NCBI GenBank assembly: GCA_963663765.2
Contig: CAXXUA010000004.1
Coordinates: 1,024,001-1,088,000, forward strand
Origin: Candidatus Poribacteria bacterium
GTDB taxonomy: Bacteria > Poribacteria > WGA-4E > WGA-3G
Reading direction: 5' to 3'
DNA: 64,000 nucleotides
The translations under genes were made by a program, and so were the position numbers. Under the pieces are notes generated by a model. The model saw only the letters and a program-made list of their open reading frames with translations. It did not search any database and was not told where the DNA came from. Of the stretch, positions 9,433 through 20,700 are shown piece by piece. Each line of letters begins with the position of its first letter. The first letter of the stretch is position 1.

Positions 9433-12400
9433 TCACTCTATAGTGTCGTTTGTGTCATAGGCGTTGTTAAATATACCATCTGGTCTTGCTTCCTGTGTAT
9501 GGTTTTTCAGATCTGTTTTCCCTTCTAAACGCAATCCGTAAGTGCGACCGGGTAATTCAATTTTAATACTTTGAGTTAATTCCATAATTTCTGTTGGACT
9601 AAGTACTCTGTTATAGATGCGGATTTCATCAATTAGACCTTTCCATGATTTTCCTTGATCTTTGCTCCCGCGTCCGATTAATAATTCTTTGACACCTGTG
9701 ATAGTGCCGTGTGTTGCGGGACTATTAAATGTAGGTTGATCTAGTATTCCGTTAATGTATAGTGTCAATCCTCTGCCGTTACGCCATGTCAATGTAAGGT
9801 GTTGCCAATCTTTTGTCTGTAGATTGCTTGCGCTTTCGTAGGACTGCATACCATCTGTTGATGTAATACCTGCTTTAATAACATTATTACCGCCACCTAA
9901 TGAGCCTTTATCGTCATACCGTAGGCTAAATATCTCATCTTCGCCGTTAGGGTTTTTTGGGAAAATGAGACCTCTGTCGGTGTTGATTGAATCAGATTTT
10001 ATCCACAGGCTAAGAGTAAATGCGTCAAGACCGTTTATATCGTTTCTGGCTTTTGGGACATCAACCCCGTCGCTGTTACCATCAAATCGGACTGCGCCAC
10101 CAATGACTCCTTCATTTGGTTCGAAGCTTGCTCCGTTTTGAAGCGTGCCGTTGTTGTCTCCACGTGCATCGGCAGTGTTGTTGCCATCAGTTTCATTAAA
10201 TTTCCAATGACTTATCAACCCGTCGTTCAAATTTCTATCATCCTTAGAACCGGAAGAAATAAAAACTATAGTTGTGTGTTCTTTGGTTTTTGCGTTATCA
10301 CCTTGCGAAGTGGCATTGACTGTAATAGCATAATCACCGATTTCAGCAAACGCGTTGCTGGGGAAGGTCAAATTCACGACTGAAGACTCACGTGGAGCAA
10401 GTGTGATAGCAGTTTGACTAAATGTTCCTATTGCATCCCCGGATGTATTCAGAAGTATTGTATCGTTTGTGTTGCCGGTGTTAGTGATTTTTATGGGATA
10501 TTCTATTCCAGTATTTTCAAGCTGCCCTTCAATTGTTAATCCGTTCACACCATCCATGATGAAATCATAAGTAGGATTAACTGTTGTATTTATGCTGATT
10601 TTAACGGTTTTTGTGCGATCACCTTGAGATGTGGCATTGATATTGACAGCATATTCATCTGCAAGTGCAAGTGTCTCCTTTGGAACTGTTAATGTCGTGG
10701 TTTTTGACGTACCGGGAGCAAGCTTTACCGAAGTACTGTTTAACTTTGCATCGGGATGTCCTGATTTTGTTAAGTGTATCGTGTCCATTATGTTGCCTGT
10801 GTTTGTAACTGTAAGTGTATATACAAGATCCGCACCTGGGTCGACTAGTTCAGTGTTCACTTTGGTAGCAGCAGTTAATGTGACCCCGCGATTGTTAGTA
10901 GTATTTGGGTTTATATAAGGTAAATTTGTGATCTCTTTATCACTCAGAACCCTATTGTAAAGACGGACATCGTCAATCAATCCATCCCATGCACGGTTTC
11001 TATCTTTACCACCTCTGCCGATGAGTAGTCTGTCAACATTGGTGATAGTGCCTTTAACTGCGGGTTGAATAAATGAGGGTCTATTCAAATTACCATTGAT
11101 ATATAGTTTGATTGATTTGCCGCTCTTCCATGTAAACGCAAGATGTTGCCATTTTGTGGTTTGCACGTTTCCGGAACTCTCAATGATGTGTGAACCATCT
11201 GTCGTTGTAATTCCAGCCTTTATGACATTCCTTTTACTGCTATTGTAGGCATCTTTGTCATAGCGGAACCCAAAGAATTCATCTTTGCCGTTAGGTGTTC
11301 TGCCGTTTATAAAACCTCGATCTGTGTCAGTTTGATTAGATTTCACCCATAGGCATAGCGTAAAAGCACTCAATCCGTTGATGAGTTCAGCACTATTCTT
11401 GACAGTTGCAAATTGCTTACTACCATCAATCTGCATTGCTCCGCCAATTTTACCTATTTTAGATTCCAAGATCGCACCATCACTAAGACGTGCATAGCGG
11501 TTGGTGCCGCTTCCATCAAATACATATTTCCCAGTACCCTCATCAAATGTCCAATAACCGATTAACCCGTCATTTGCATCTGGTCTCTCCACAGAGATGT
11601 CCAATACCATAGAAGGTTCAATATCATTAAATGAAAACCAACCTGGGTATCTTGCGTTCCCATTTTTATCAACAGTTTGTACATTTACCCTGTTACGATC
11701 TACCGTTGACATGTCAAGATGAACTACTGCTCTCTCACCGGTTAGCGTCGCGCAGCTATGTTGATGCAAGGTTTGGTGCAGAAATCGGACGTGGTAGAGT
11801 CCATCCTGATCAATTATTTCAAAAAAAGCGTGGAGATTATCGGTAGGATATGCGATCGTTGAAAACACGTTTATCTTCACACCGTTTTCAATTTCACTGA
11901 TTTTACCACCGTTGAAATAGGGATTGAAATTCAACCATTCCGCTGCACATTGAGATAATCCGTTTGTTGGACCACCCATAATACCACCATCAGGCCGGTA
12001 ATCATGTTGTAGGACAAAATTGTGACCGAGTTCATGAGCAACCACCTGCCACCTATAACACTGTCCATTTGCGGGAACAAGTGAACGTCTACCTGTAAGT
12101 GCCAGTCCACATGCATTTCCTAATGTGCCACTACCATGATCCATGAAAACAAGTAAGACGGTATTACGTGTTTGAATTCTACGTACAAGTTGTTCATCAA
12201 AACAGCTGAGTGGCCACTTTCGGTAAACTTCAGCATTTTTCTTGCCAATGACGTGATGTATCAAGACATTACCATTTGCATCAGGTTCATATTTAAACGT
12301 CTTTCTTCCGAATCCATACTTTTCCATATAGTCAGCGTAGAACTTTTGTACTTTTTGGACGGTATCGCTGATGCTTGCGTCTATACCTTGGCGGACTTCA

Positions 12401-12525
12401 CGGTCTTTTGGCAAAAAATAGACTGTTCTGACTATATATTCTTCTGGAGCTGCTTCTTGTGCATTGCTGTCAAACGGTAAAGCTAAGAACATTGATATGA
12501 TGAGAAACAAACATAAAGATTTCAT
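9433..12525 (-). CDS. Secreted Zn-metallopeptidase-like protein with two LamG domains and Ig-like repeats; probably C-terminally truncated
   Basis: Signal peptide; HELGHNFVLQH; two LamG domains (W.FDE...GLIDDVRLYNRVLS); TNTGN..DTI Ig-like units; stop codon abuts the MITE cluster. Confidence 0.85.
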   Translation of the reverse strand: MKSLCLFLIISMFLALPFDSNAQEAAPEEYIVRTVYFLPKDREVRQGIDASISDTVQKVQKFYADYMEKYGFGRKTFKYEPDANGNVLIHHVIGKKNAEVYRKWPLSCFDEQLVRRIQTRNTVLLVFMDHGSGTLGNACGLALTGRRSLVPANGQCYRWQVVAHELGHNFVLQHDYRPDGGIMGGPTNGLSQCAAEWLNFNPYFNGGKISEIENGVKINVFSTIAYPTDNLHAFFEIIDQDGLYHVRFLHQTLHQHSCATLTGERAVVHLDMSTVDRNRVNVQTVDKNGNARYPGWFSFNDIEPSMVLDISVERPDANDGLIGYWTFDEGTGKYVFDGSGTNRYARLSDGAILESKIGKIGGAMQIDGSKQFATVKNSAELINGLSAFTLCLWVKSNQTDTDRGFINGRTPNGKDEFFGFRYDKDAYNSSKRNVIKAGITTTDGSHIIESSGNVQTTKWQHLAFTWKSGKSIKLYINGNLNRPSFIQPAVKGTITNVDRLLIGRGGKDRNRAWDGLIDDVRLYNRVLSDKEITNLPYINPNTTNNRGVTLTAATKVNTELVDPGADLVYTLTVTNTGNIMDTIHLTKSGHPDAKLNSTSVKLAPGTSKTTTLTVPKETLALADEYAVNINATSQGDRTKTVKISINTTVNPTYDFIMDGVNGLTIEGQLENTGIEYPIKITNTGNTNDTILLNTSGDAIGTFSQTAITLAPRESSVVNLTFPSNAFAEIGDYAITVNATSQGDNAKTKEHTTIVFISSGSKDDRNLNDGLISHWKFNETDGNNTADARGDNNGTLQNGASFEPNEGVIGGAVRFDGNSDGVDVPKARNDINGLDAFTLSLWIKSDSINTDRGLIFPKNPNGEDEIFSLRYDDKGSLGGGNNVIKAGITSTDGMQSYESASNLQTKDWQHLTLTWRNGRGLTLYINGILDQPTFNSPATHGTITGVKELLIGRGSKDQGKSWKGLIDEIRIYNRVLSPTEIMELTQSIKIELPGRTYGLRLEGKTDLKNHTQEARPDGIFNNAYDTNDTIE

Positions 12526-12564
12526 GGTTTATCTCCTTGTGATTTATGAGTTTTCAATGTGTAT

Positions 12565-13392
12565 TTAGGTTTTGTTCATATCTAATTCGGACATGGACCT
12601 TAGGTTTAGAAGCGGAGTCATGACACCACCGGATGCGGGAAGGACAACGCCAGTATCGTAAAGTTGCATTGCAGCGATGGTTGCATGTGCCACGTCTTCT
12701 GGTGTGCCGGGACGCACCATAAAGATATAGCCTTTGTCTGCTGCTTCTTCGTAGTCTGGGATGCGGACACGCGATAGATCTGTATTGATCACACCTGCAG
12801 CGATGCCATTGACTTTGATGTTGTGTGATGCTAACCTTCCCGCATAGGCTCGCATGCTCATTTCTAATCCAGCTTTTGAAATACAGTATGCAGTGCGGTT
12901 GTCGGATGCCATCGTGTCGGAGATTGAGAGAGTGTAAATAATGCATCCGGGTATTTCATTTTCTATCATGTAATTTGCGACGCGTTGGGTCAGAAAGTGT
13001 GGTGCCTTTAGGTTCGTGTTCAGTAGCAGGTCAAACTGTTCAGGTGTTTCCTGCAGAATGTCAGCGATGCGTGTGATTCCTGCGTTGTTTATTAGTATAT
13101 TTACTTTTCCGAATGCATTGTGTGCAGTTTCAAGTATTTTTGCATGTGTGTTTAAGTCGCTGATATCTGCTTGGATGATTACCGCTTGTCTATCAAACGA
13201 TTCTACTTCATGTTTGACTGCTTCGGCTGCTTCACGATTCTGATTGTAGTTGATGAGGACATTTGCGCCTTGTCGTGCTAATTCAATGGCGATTGCACGT
13301 CCGATACCTCTGCTGGCTCCAGTTACGATTGCAGCACTGTCTTCAAATGAAACATTTGTCGTGAAGAAACCGAGTTCAGTGTGTGTTGACAT
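12565..13392 (-). CDS. Short-chain dehydrogenase/reductase (SDR)
   Basis: TGASRGIG, NNAG and YCISK motifs; AGGAG RBS. Confidence 0.93.
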   Translation of the reverse strand: MSTHTELGFFTTNVSFEDSAAIVTGASRGIGRAIAIELARQGANVLINYNQNREAAEAVKHEVESFDRQAVIIQADISDLNTHAKILETAHNAFGKVNILINNAGITRIADILQETPEQFDLLLNTNLKAPHFLTQRVANYMIENEIPGCIIYTLSISDTMASDNRTAYCISKAGLEMSMRAYAGRLASHNIKVNGIAAGVINTDLSRVRIPDYEEAADKGYIFMVRPGTPEDVAHATIAAMQLYDTGVVLPASGGVMTPLLNLRSMSELDMNKT

Positions 13393-13410
13393 GATGTGTT
13401 ACTCCTATTT

Positions 13411-14088
13411 AACGAGTTGTGCTAAATAACTATATGTTAATCATTGTTTCACATAAGCATGACGTTTTGCAGGTGTCCTTCATAGTTTGAAACGATCTTC
13501 AGTCCCGACAAATGCCATACGGGGAATGCCTAAATGGCATTCATACCGTTGATTTGGCGTTGATTTGGTAGGGACGATATGTTTATAGAAAACGTCATAG
13601 TACATCCTCTTTAGTCCCGACAAATGCCATACGCGCATTTGGCGTTGATTTGGTAGGGACGATATGTTTATTGAAAACGTCATAGTACATCCTCTTTAGT
13701 CCCGACAAATGCCATACGCGCATTTGGCGTTGATTTGGTAGGGACGATATGTTTATTGAAAACGTCATAGTACATTCTCTTTAGTCCCGACAAATGCCAT
13801 ACGCGCATTTGGCGTTGATTTGGTAGGGACGATATGTTTATTGAAAACGTCATAGTACATCCTCTTTAGTCCCGTAGGGACGATATGTTTATTGAAAACG
13901 TCATAGTACATCCTCTTTAGTCCCGTAGGGACGATATGTTTATTGAAAACGTCATAGTACATCCTCTTTAGTCCCGACAAATGCCATACGCGCATTTGGC
14001 GTTGATTTGGTAGGGACGATATGTGTGCATTATAAACCTAATATATGTAAAAACTTTGAAAACAATGGGTTAACTGGCACAAGTCGTT
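13411..14088. repeat. MITE (AACGAGTTGTGC/GCACAAGTCGTT ends) containing tandem 51-bp and 85-bp AGTCCCGTAGGGACG units
   Basis: Units with and without a 34-nt insert occur together; related ends at 29413-29890 and ~63730-63895. Confidence 0.85.
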
Positions 14089-15058
14089 ATTTAGTATCTT
14101 CCTTACGTTGCTTGAGAGAAATGGTGAACAAATTGAGATCATCGGATACGATCTGAAAGAGTTTTTCTATATTTTTTGCATGTTCCTCCGTATTTTCATA
14201 GATCAACTCATCAGCATAAATGTTGTTGACCTTGTGTCGAAATTCCAATAGGGGTGTCAATAATCGGAGAGCATCCTGTGATATTACAGGTTGTCTTTCA
14301 AGTCGTTGATTTGCCATCTGTTCAAGTAGGTCTTTATGCCATCTGCTACCGCGAGGTAAATGTGCATCTACCTCGTTGGCGATTCGCTCAAAAATACGTT
14401 CAAAACCCATATATACATCTGTGAGTCGAGTTGTAATTGTTTCTTCTATATATTGCTTGTAGGTATCTGGAGCAATGTTAATATCTTCCAATGCTTTCAC
14501 AATAGAGGTTACGGTAGATTCAATTTTTACGCATTCATCGTCAATACGTTGTGTAAGTTTTTTTCGGTTTATTTCGTATATTTCTTCAGCGACGATAGGC
14601 GTATCTTGACTTTGTATGTGTTTATAGAGTGTCTTCCATATTGTTAGTGGTTTCCCTTTTTTTATATGAATTGTTTGTTGATTAACTCTTTCCCGGAATA
14701 GTCCTTTTGTTGTATCAAAGTTGATAAGGTCTATTTTGAACCCTGTTTTTAGGTCCATGACTTTGCTGTTTGCTTTTGAATGGATTTTTTCGGGTAGTCC
14801 GCTTACTGCGATATCAATATCGGAAGCATCTGTGAACCCCAAAGGTTCTGATAGGGAACCGAAGACAGCAACGTGCGATGCGTCAAATTCATCATATAGG
14901 AGTTGAGCGATTTCATAAGCAGTTTTCCATGCGCGTTGCAGTAGTTCCTCATCAGGTTTTCTGCTATACCATCGTTCCTTTAGTTGCTTTCGGCAGGCTT
15001 CGAGTTCTTCTGAGGACATCTCTATAGTTGATTGTGTAATGTTTTTTGTCTGATACAT
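14087..15058 (-). CDS. Fused minimal nucleotidyltransferase (MNT)-HEPN (HepT-like) protein, copy 3
   Basis: FGSL.....[10 protein letters not shown] (GS..DxD) followed by [11 protein letters not shown]...WHK.LL..M...FRHKVNNIY. Confidence 0.85.
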   Translation of the reverse strand: MYQTKNITQSTIEMSSEELEACRKQLKERWYSRKPDEELLQRAWKTAYEIAQLLYDEFDASHVAVFGSLSEPLGFTDASDIDIAVSGLPEKIHSKANSKVMDLKTGFKIDLINFDTTKGLFRERVNQQTIHIKKGKPLTIWKTLYKHIQSQDTPIVAEEIYEINRKKLTQRIDDECVKIESTVTSIVKALEDINIAPDTYKQYIEETITTRLTDVYMGFERIFERIANEVDAHLPRGSRWHKDLLEQMANQRLERQPVISQDALRLLTPLLEFRHKVNNIYADELIYENTEEHAKNIEKLFQIVSDDLNLFTISLKQRKEDTK

Positions 15059-15074
15059 TATTTTAGACCTTTTG

Positions 15075-16028
15075 TTATTGTGTTAGAGCGTTTGTGAAAG
15101 AGAATAGTTCCCTTGAAACTGTGTCAATAAGTGTTTGGATTTCTTGTGCATGTTGCAATGTATTCTCATACTTTAATTCTCTGCCGTATATGTTGTTTAC
15201 TTTGTGTCGGAATTCTAATAGTCTTTCTAATAGGAGACCTGTGTATTCAGATATTACAGGAGGTCTTTCTGGACGATCTTTTGTCATCTGTTCAAGTAGG
15301 TTTTTGTGCCATCTGCTACCGCGAGGCAAATGTGCGTCTACCTCGTTGGCGATTCGCTCAAAAATACGTTCAAATCCGCTATAAATATCGGCAAGGTCAG
15401 TTGCTATTGTATTTTCTATAAATTCAACGACATCCTGTGAAACAGTCTCTATTGTATCTAATCCTCTCTGGATTCTTGACATTGTATCGTCTATTTTTGC
15501 AAGTTCATCGTTGATACGTTGTGTAAGTTTTTTTCGGTTTATTTCGTATATTTCTTCAGCGACGATAGGCGTATCTTGATATTGTATGTGTTTATAGAGT
15601 GTCTTCCATATTGTTAGTGGTTTCCCTTTTTTTATATGAATTGTTTGTTGTTGAACTCTTTCCCGGAATAGTCCTTTTGTTGTATCAAAGTTAATTAGGT
15701 CTATTTTGAACCCGGTTTTTAGGTCCATGACTTTGTTGTTTGCTTTTGAATGGATTTTATCGGGTAGTCCGCTAACTGCGATATCAATATCGGAAGCATC
15801 TGTGAAACCCAAAGGTTCTGATAGGGAACCGAAGACAGCAACGTGCGATGCGTCAAATTCATCATATAGGAGTTGAGCGATTTCATAAGCAGTTTTCCAT
15901 GCGCGTTGTAGTAGTTCCTCATCAGGTTTTCTGCTATACCATCGTTCCTTTAGTTGCTTTCGGCAGGCTGCGAGTTCTTCTGAGGACATCTCTATAGTTG
16001 ATTGTGTAATGTTTTTTGTCTGATACAT
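15075..16028 (-). CDS. Fused MNT-HEPN protein, copy 2
   Basis: Same motifs; N-terminus matches copy 3 and C-terminus matches copy 1. Confidence 0.85.
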   Translation of the reverse strand: MYQTKNITQSTIEMSSEELAACRKQLKERWYSRKPDEELLQRAWKTAYEIAQLLYDEFDASHVAVFGSLSEPLGFTDASDIDIAVSGLPDKIHSKANNKVMDLKTGFKIDLINFDTTKGLFRERVQQQTIHIKKGKPLTIWKTLYKHIQYQDTPIVAEEIYEINRKKLTQRINDELAKIDDTMSRIQRGLDTIETVSQDVVEFIENTIATDLADIYSGFERIFERIANEVDAHLPRGSRWHKNLLEQMTKDRPERPPVISEYTGLLLERLLEFRHKVNNIYGRELKYENTLQHAQEIQTLIDTVSRELFSFTNALTQ

Positions 16029-16032
16029 TTTT

Positions 16033-16977
16033 TTAGACCTTTTGTTTTTGTGTTAGAGCGTTTGTGAAAGAGAATAGTTCCCTTGAAACTGTGTCAATAA
16101 GTGTTTGGATTTCTTGTGCATGTTGCAATGTATTCTCATACTTTAATTCTCTGCCGTAAATGTTGTTTACTTTGTGTCGGAATTCTAATAGTCTTTCTAA
16201 TAGGAGACCTGTGTTTTCAGATATTACAAGTGGTCTTTCTGGACGATCTTTTGTCATCTGTTCAAGTAGGTTTTTGTGCCATCTGCTACCGCGAGGCAAA
16301 TGTGCGTCTACCTCGTTGGCGATTCGCTCAAAAATACGTTCAAATCCGCTATAAATATCGGCAAGGTCTGTTGCTATTGTATTTTCTATAAATTCTCTTG
16401 CTTGAAAAGGTAAGAATTTTATGCTTTCAAACCCTCTTTGAATTCTTACATGCGTATCATCTATTTTATTTAGTTCATCTTCAATTCGTTGTGTAAGTTT
16501 TTTTCGGTTTATTTCGTATATTTCTTCAGCGACGATAGGGGTATCTTGACTTTGTATGTGTTTATAGAGAGTCTTCCATATTGTTAGTGGTTCCCCTTTT
16601 TTTATATGAACATTTTGTTGTTGAACTCTTTCCCGGAATAGTCCTTTTGTTGTATCAAAGTTGATAAGGTCTATTTTGAACCCGGTTTTTAGGTCCATGA
16701 CCTTGTTGTTTGCTATTGAATGCGTTTTTTCAGAAAGTCCGCTTACTGCGATATCAATATCGGAAGCATTTGTGAAACCCAAAGGTTCTGATAGGGAACC
16801 GAAGACAGCAACGTGCGATGCGTCAAATTCATCATATAGGAGTTGTGCGATTTCATAAGCAGTTTTCCAAGCGCGTTGCAGTAGTTCCTCATCAGGTTTT
16901 CTGCTACTCCATCGTTCTTTTAGTTGCTTTCGGCAAGCTGCAAGTTGCTTTGGTGTCATTGTATTTTCTTTCGTCAT
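16033..16977 (-). CDS. Fused MNT-HEPN protein, copy 1
   Basis: Same motifs; start overlaps the oppF stop codon (ATGA). Confidence 0.85.
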   Translation of the reverse strand: MTKENTMTPKQLAACRKQLKERWSSRKPDEELLQRAWKTAYEIAQLLYDEFDASHVAVFGSLSEPLGFTNASDIDIAVSGLSEKTHSIANNKVMDLKTGFKIDLINFDTTKGLFRERVQQQNVHIKKGEPLTIWKTLYKHIQSQDTPIVAEEIYEINRKKLTQRIEDELNKIDDTHVRIQRGFESIKFLPFQAREFIENTIATDLADIYSGFERIFERIANEVDAHLPRGSRWHKNLLEQMTKDRPERPLVISENTGLLLERLLEFRHKVNNIYGRELKYENTLQHAQEIQTLIDTVSRELFSFTNALTQKQKV

Positions 16978-17978
16978 TGCGATACTCCCTTTAATTCTAA
17001 CGTATCACTCAAATGGCAAGCAACTTTAACATTTGGTGTTATTTCTTGAAGTTCGGGTGTCTCCTGTTTGCATATATCTGTTGCGTAGGGGCAGCGTGGA
17101 TGGAAATGGCAACCTGTTGGTGGATGGGCCGGATCTGGTACATCTCCTTCCAGTCGAATGAGTTGACGTTTGCGTTGCTGTTTTGGGTCTGGTAATGGAA
17201 CAGCAGAAATCAATGCCTCTGTGTAGGGATGTTTTGGTGTTTGATAAAGTGTTTGAGCATCACTTATTTCAACAATCTTACCGAGATACATGACTGCGAC
17301 GCGGTCGCTGATATGTCGGACGACACTGAGATCATGTGCGATAAAGATATAAGATAGTTGGAATTTTTCTCTGAGTTCCGTTAAAAGGTTGAGTATTTGT
17401 GCTTGCACGGACACATCAAGCGCGGAGACAGGTTCGTCTGCGACGATCAGTTCGGGTTGTAGAGCTAATGCGCGTGCGATACCGATACGTTGCCGTTGTC
17501 CTCCGCTGAATGCATGAGGGTAACGTTTCATGTCTTGTGATGTTAGACCAACAGATTCTAATAGTTGAACAATACTGTCTTTGAGTTCATTTCTCTTGAC
17601 AGTACGATTTATGCGTAAAGGTTCACTGACGATATCAGCGACTGTTTTTCTGGGGTTTAGAGAAGATTGCGGGTCTTGAAAAATCATCTGTATTCTCTGC
17701 CGATATTGACGCATCTGTTTTGTATTTAACTTCGCTAAATCAACTTGTTCATCTCCGAAAGTGAAGCTGCCTTCTGTAGGTGGGATTAGTCGTAGCAGAC
17801 ATCTGCTTGCGGTAGTTTTTCCGCATCCGCTTTCGCCGACGAGTCCAAGCGTTTCTCCACGTTGGACATCAAAACTAATACCGTCTACGGCTTTAACGTA
17901 TCCGATGGTACGGCGAAGAATCCCTTTTCGTATAGGGAAATACTTTCGTAGTTGATTGACTTCAAGCAGAGTCGGCAT
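16974..17978 (-). CDS. oppF: Oligopeptide/dipeptide ABC transporter ATP-binding protein (OppF-like)
   Basis: [24 protein letters not shown] and C-terminal GC.FHPRC; likely start MPTLL at 17978. Confidence 0.9.
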   Translation of the reverse strand: MPTLLEVNQLRKYFPIRKGILRRTIGYVKAVDGISFDVQRGETLGLVGESGCGKTTASRCLLRLIPPTEGSFTFGDEQVDLAKLNTKQMRQYRQRIQMIFQDPQSSLNPRKTVADIVSEPLRINRTVKRNELKDSIVQLLESVGLTSQDMKRYPHAFSGGQRQRIGIARALALQPELIVADEPVSALDVSVQAQILNLLTELREKFQLSYIFIAHDLSVVRHISDRVAVMYLGKIVEISDAQTLYQTPKHPYTEALISAVPLPDPKQQRKRQLIRLEGDVPDPAHPPTGCHFHPRCPYATDICKQETPELQEITPNVKVACHLSDTLELKGVSQ

Positions 17979-19038
17979 GGTTTTTTTCCTCGTAAAGCCA
18001 ACATCGGACAGCATGCTTTCCGTTTTTGGGTGAAGTTGTTTTTTGTATCTCAATATTCCTAAGTTCAGGCATCTTTTCACATATAGACATTTGTTCGGTG
18101 CAGCGTGGTTGGAAAGAACAGCCGGTTGGGAGTGCTAATGGGTGCGGGACAGTCCCCGGGATAGAGGACAGGGTCTTTTGCTGGTTTTCGCTGAGTGTTG
18201 GAATAGAGTTGAGTAAACCGCGCGTGTAAGGGTGTAAGGGGTTATAGAAGATTTCATCCACTGTGCCTTTTTCGACGACACGTCCAGCATACATCACAAC
18301 CACTTCGTCAGCCATATCAGCGATAATTCCTAAATCGTGTGTAATCAACATGATCGCCATACCTATTTCTGCTTGAAGTTCTTTCATGAGGGTGAGTACT
18401 TGTGCTTGTATGGTGACATCCAGTGCGGTAGTTGGTTCATCCGCGATGAGCAGTGCAGGTGCACAACAGAGTGCCATTGCGATCATCACGCGTTGTCGCA
18501 TTCCGCCGGAGAGTTGGTGTGGATATTCGTCAACGCGTTGTTCAGGAGCAGGAATACCGACGCGTGAAAGCATTTCAATTGCACGTTGCTTAGCCCATCT
18601 TGGTGGAGTTTTCAATCCTGTGCGTGTTAGAAATGGCACCTTTTCTCCTTGATGTAACACAATTGCTTCAGCGATCTGGTCTCCGACAGTATAAACGGGA
18701 TTTAGTGATGTCATTGGTTCTTGGAAGATGATAGCGATATCGTTTCCTCTGATTTCACGCATCAATTTGCTGCGTGGCGATACTTCTACTATATCCAATG
18801 GAGTATTATTTTCATCACGGTAAAACATGATATTGCCAGCTTCTATTCTGCCAGGATTTGGTACAAGTTGGAGCAGTGAAAGTCCTGTGACACTTTTTCC
18901 ACACCCACTTTCTCCGACAATGCCGACAGTTTTACCGCGTCCTATAGAGAAACTGACATCATGGACAGCATTCACGATTCCATCATCCGTTGGGAATACT
19001 GTTTTTAGGTTAGAAACTTCAAGTAGTGGTTGTTCCAA
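17962..19038 (-). CDS. oppD: Oligopeptide/dipeptide ABC transporter ATP-binding protein (OppD-like)
   Basis: [24 protein letters not shown] and HPYT motifs. Confidence 0.92.
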   Translation of the reverse strand: MEQPLLEVSNLKTVFPTDDGIVNAVHDVSFSIGRGKTVGIVGESGCGKSVTGLSLLQLVPNPGRIEAGNIMFYRDENNTPLDIVEVSPRSKLMREIRGNDIAIIFQEPMTSLNPVYTVGDQIAEAIVLHQGEKVPFLTRTGLKTPPRWAKQRAIEMLSRVGIPAPEQRVDEYPHQLSGGMRQRVMIAMALCCAPALLIADEPTTALDVTIQAQVLTLMKELQAEIGMAIMLITHDLGIIADMADEVVVMYAGRVVEKGTVDEIFYNPLHPYTRGLLNSIPTLSENQQKTLSSIPGTVPHPLALPTGCSFQPRCTEQMSICEKMPELRNIEIQKTTSPKNGKHAVRCWLYEEKNHADSA

Positions 19039-19087
19039 TTTCTTGTCCTACAGCGTACATTTATGTTTGAGAATGTATATATATATA

Positions 19088-19680
19088 TACAACTTACGCA
19101 CTAAACGGTAAGCGCGTTGGAAACCAAAAATATGCATAAAATTACATATTTTCGTCATAATCTTGATTAAAACATAAAAAATGCGTAAGTCTTGTATATA
19201 TTTTAACTGAAAAATGATCGATGGTCAACCTAATATCAGGGTTAGGGTGTGTAAAGTTTTGGTTACTGTGCCGTAGGGGCGGGGTCTCCCCGCCCCATAG
19301 GCGTCAATTTAAGAAAAAAGTGTTGGGTGTTTCTCTGGTGGGAGGGGTTTTCAACCCCGATTTGAGAGGAAAAGCGCATAAAATCGGGGTTGAAAACCCC
19401 TCCCACAAAAGGTCAAAATCCATAAATTGACGCTTATGAGGCGGGGAGACGCCGCCCCATAAGCGTCAATTTAAGAAAAAAGTGTTGGTGTTTCTCTGGT
19501 GGGAGGGGTTTTCAACCCCGATTTGAGAGGAAAAGCGCATAAAATCGGGGTTGAAAACCCCTCCCACAAAAGGTCAAAATCCATAAATTGACGCTTATGG
19601 GGCGGGGAGACGCCGCCCCTACGATGTCCATAGTTTCCTAACGTCAAGCAATACTTGATAAAAACTGGACGGTCTTCTTT
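19088..19680. repeat. MITE cluster: CTTACGCA/TGCGTAAG element, GGGTGTGTAAAGT element and two tandem IS4-like MITEs in a REP
   Basis: IS4-like copies at 19296-19438 and 19458-19599, separated and flanked by 19-bp REP stems. Confidence 0.8.
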
Positions 19681-19815
19681 AACAATACCTTCGCCATTTT
19701 TGAGTGCTTCAGTTGAATGAGTATATAGTGTTGATCTACCATTGCTCTGTGATATTGTTAGGATTATATAAATAAAAATAACTTCAGGTTTTCGTTGAAG
19801 TATTTTTTATCATAG

Positions 19816-20175
19816 CAGGGTTATTTAGTTTTAAGAGTTTTCTGTTATTGAGATTTACTGTAAGTTAATACCCAGGTTTGGTTTCCTAACCGAACTTTCT
19901 GCATCAGTTTTAGATTATTGAAAAATGAATATCGCTCTTTAGTCCCGTAGGGACGATATGTTTATAGAAAACGAATACCCTCCCCAGTTCTTTAGTCCCG
20001 TAGGGACGATATGTTTATTCTTCTATGTCGTTCCTACGGAACTCAAGAGGGATAGATAACATGTTTCTATAAACATATCGTCCCTACGGGACTAAAGAAC
20101 TGGACAAGATGGCAACACATAAAATTAACGACATAGCAAAATATTATCAAAAATATTGAAAACTGAATAACCCTG
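19816..20175. mobile_element. MITE with CAGGGTTATT ends (ISAs1-like termini) and 9-bp TSD
   Basis: TTATCATAG on both sides; internal AGTCCCGTAGGGAC palindromes; related copies at ~20360-20480, 39668 and 55977. Confidence 0.8.
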
Positions 20176-20546
20176 TTATCATAGCCTCTAATTTGACAAT
20201 AGAAATGACTATATCAGCAATCTGACAGAATAATTTATATGCACAATCTGGAAGAATGTGCTACAACTACCCGCATAATCTGGAAGAATGTCTATTATTG
20301 GCGAAGGTATTGCTTTAATAGTCAGGGTTTCTACAAAAACTTTACACATCCTTATATTACAGGTTTATTCAGTTTTATGCATATTAGCTGTTTCCTGAGA
20401 AAATCGCGACCGGGAGGTCGCTCCTACCGAGTGGTTTCTTTTTTGAAAAATCCAAGACTTTGGAAAACTGAATAAACCTGCGTACATTACGTACCCCTTG
20501 ATAGTCTATGTCAAATATGATATACTTCCATATAAGGAGTATTCTC

Positions 20547-20700
20547 ATGATTACACAACAAGATATACAAGCAACATGTGGTGATATTGTGCAGGAATTA
20601 GATCCATTGCAAATCATACTCTTTGGCACTAATGCTTATGGACACTCACAAAGAGGACAGATGTAGACCTACTTGTAGTTTTGCCAATACCCAAATCAGA
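20547..20700 (+). pseudogene. Remnant of a minimal nucleotidyltransferase (MNT) gene
   Basis: AAGGAG RBS; MITQQDIQ...IILFGTNAYG, then a frameshift to DVDLLVV; truncated by the MITE at 20701. Confidence 0.7.

Noticed and set aside
14087-16977. Diversity-generating retroelement behind the MNT-HEPN variation
   Set aside because: No reverse transcriptase in the window, and the differences do not look adenine-restricted.
17979-18080. N-terminal extension of oppF in the ORF track
   Set aside because: It lies within oppD; the ATG at 17978 gives a typical start.
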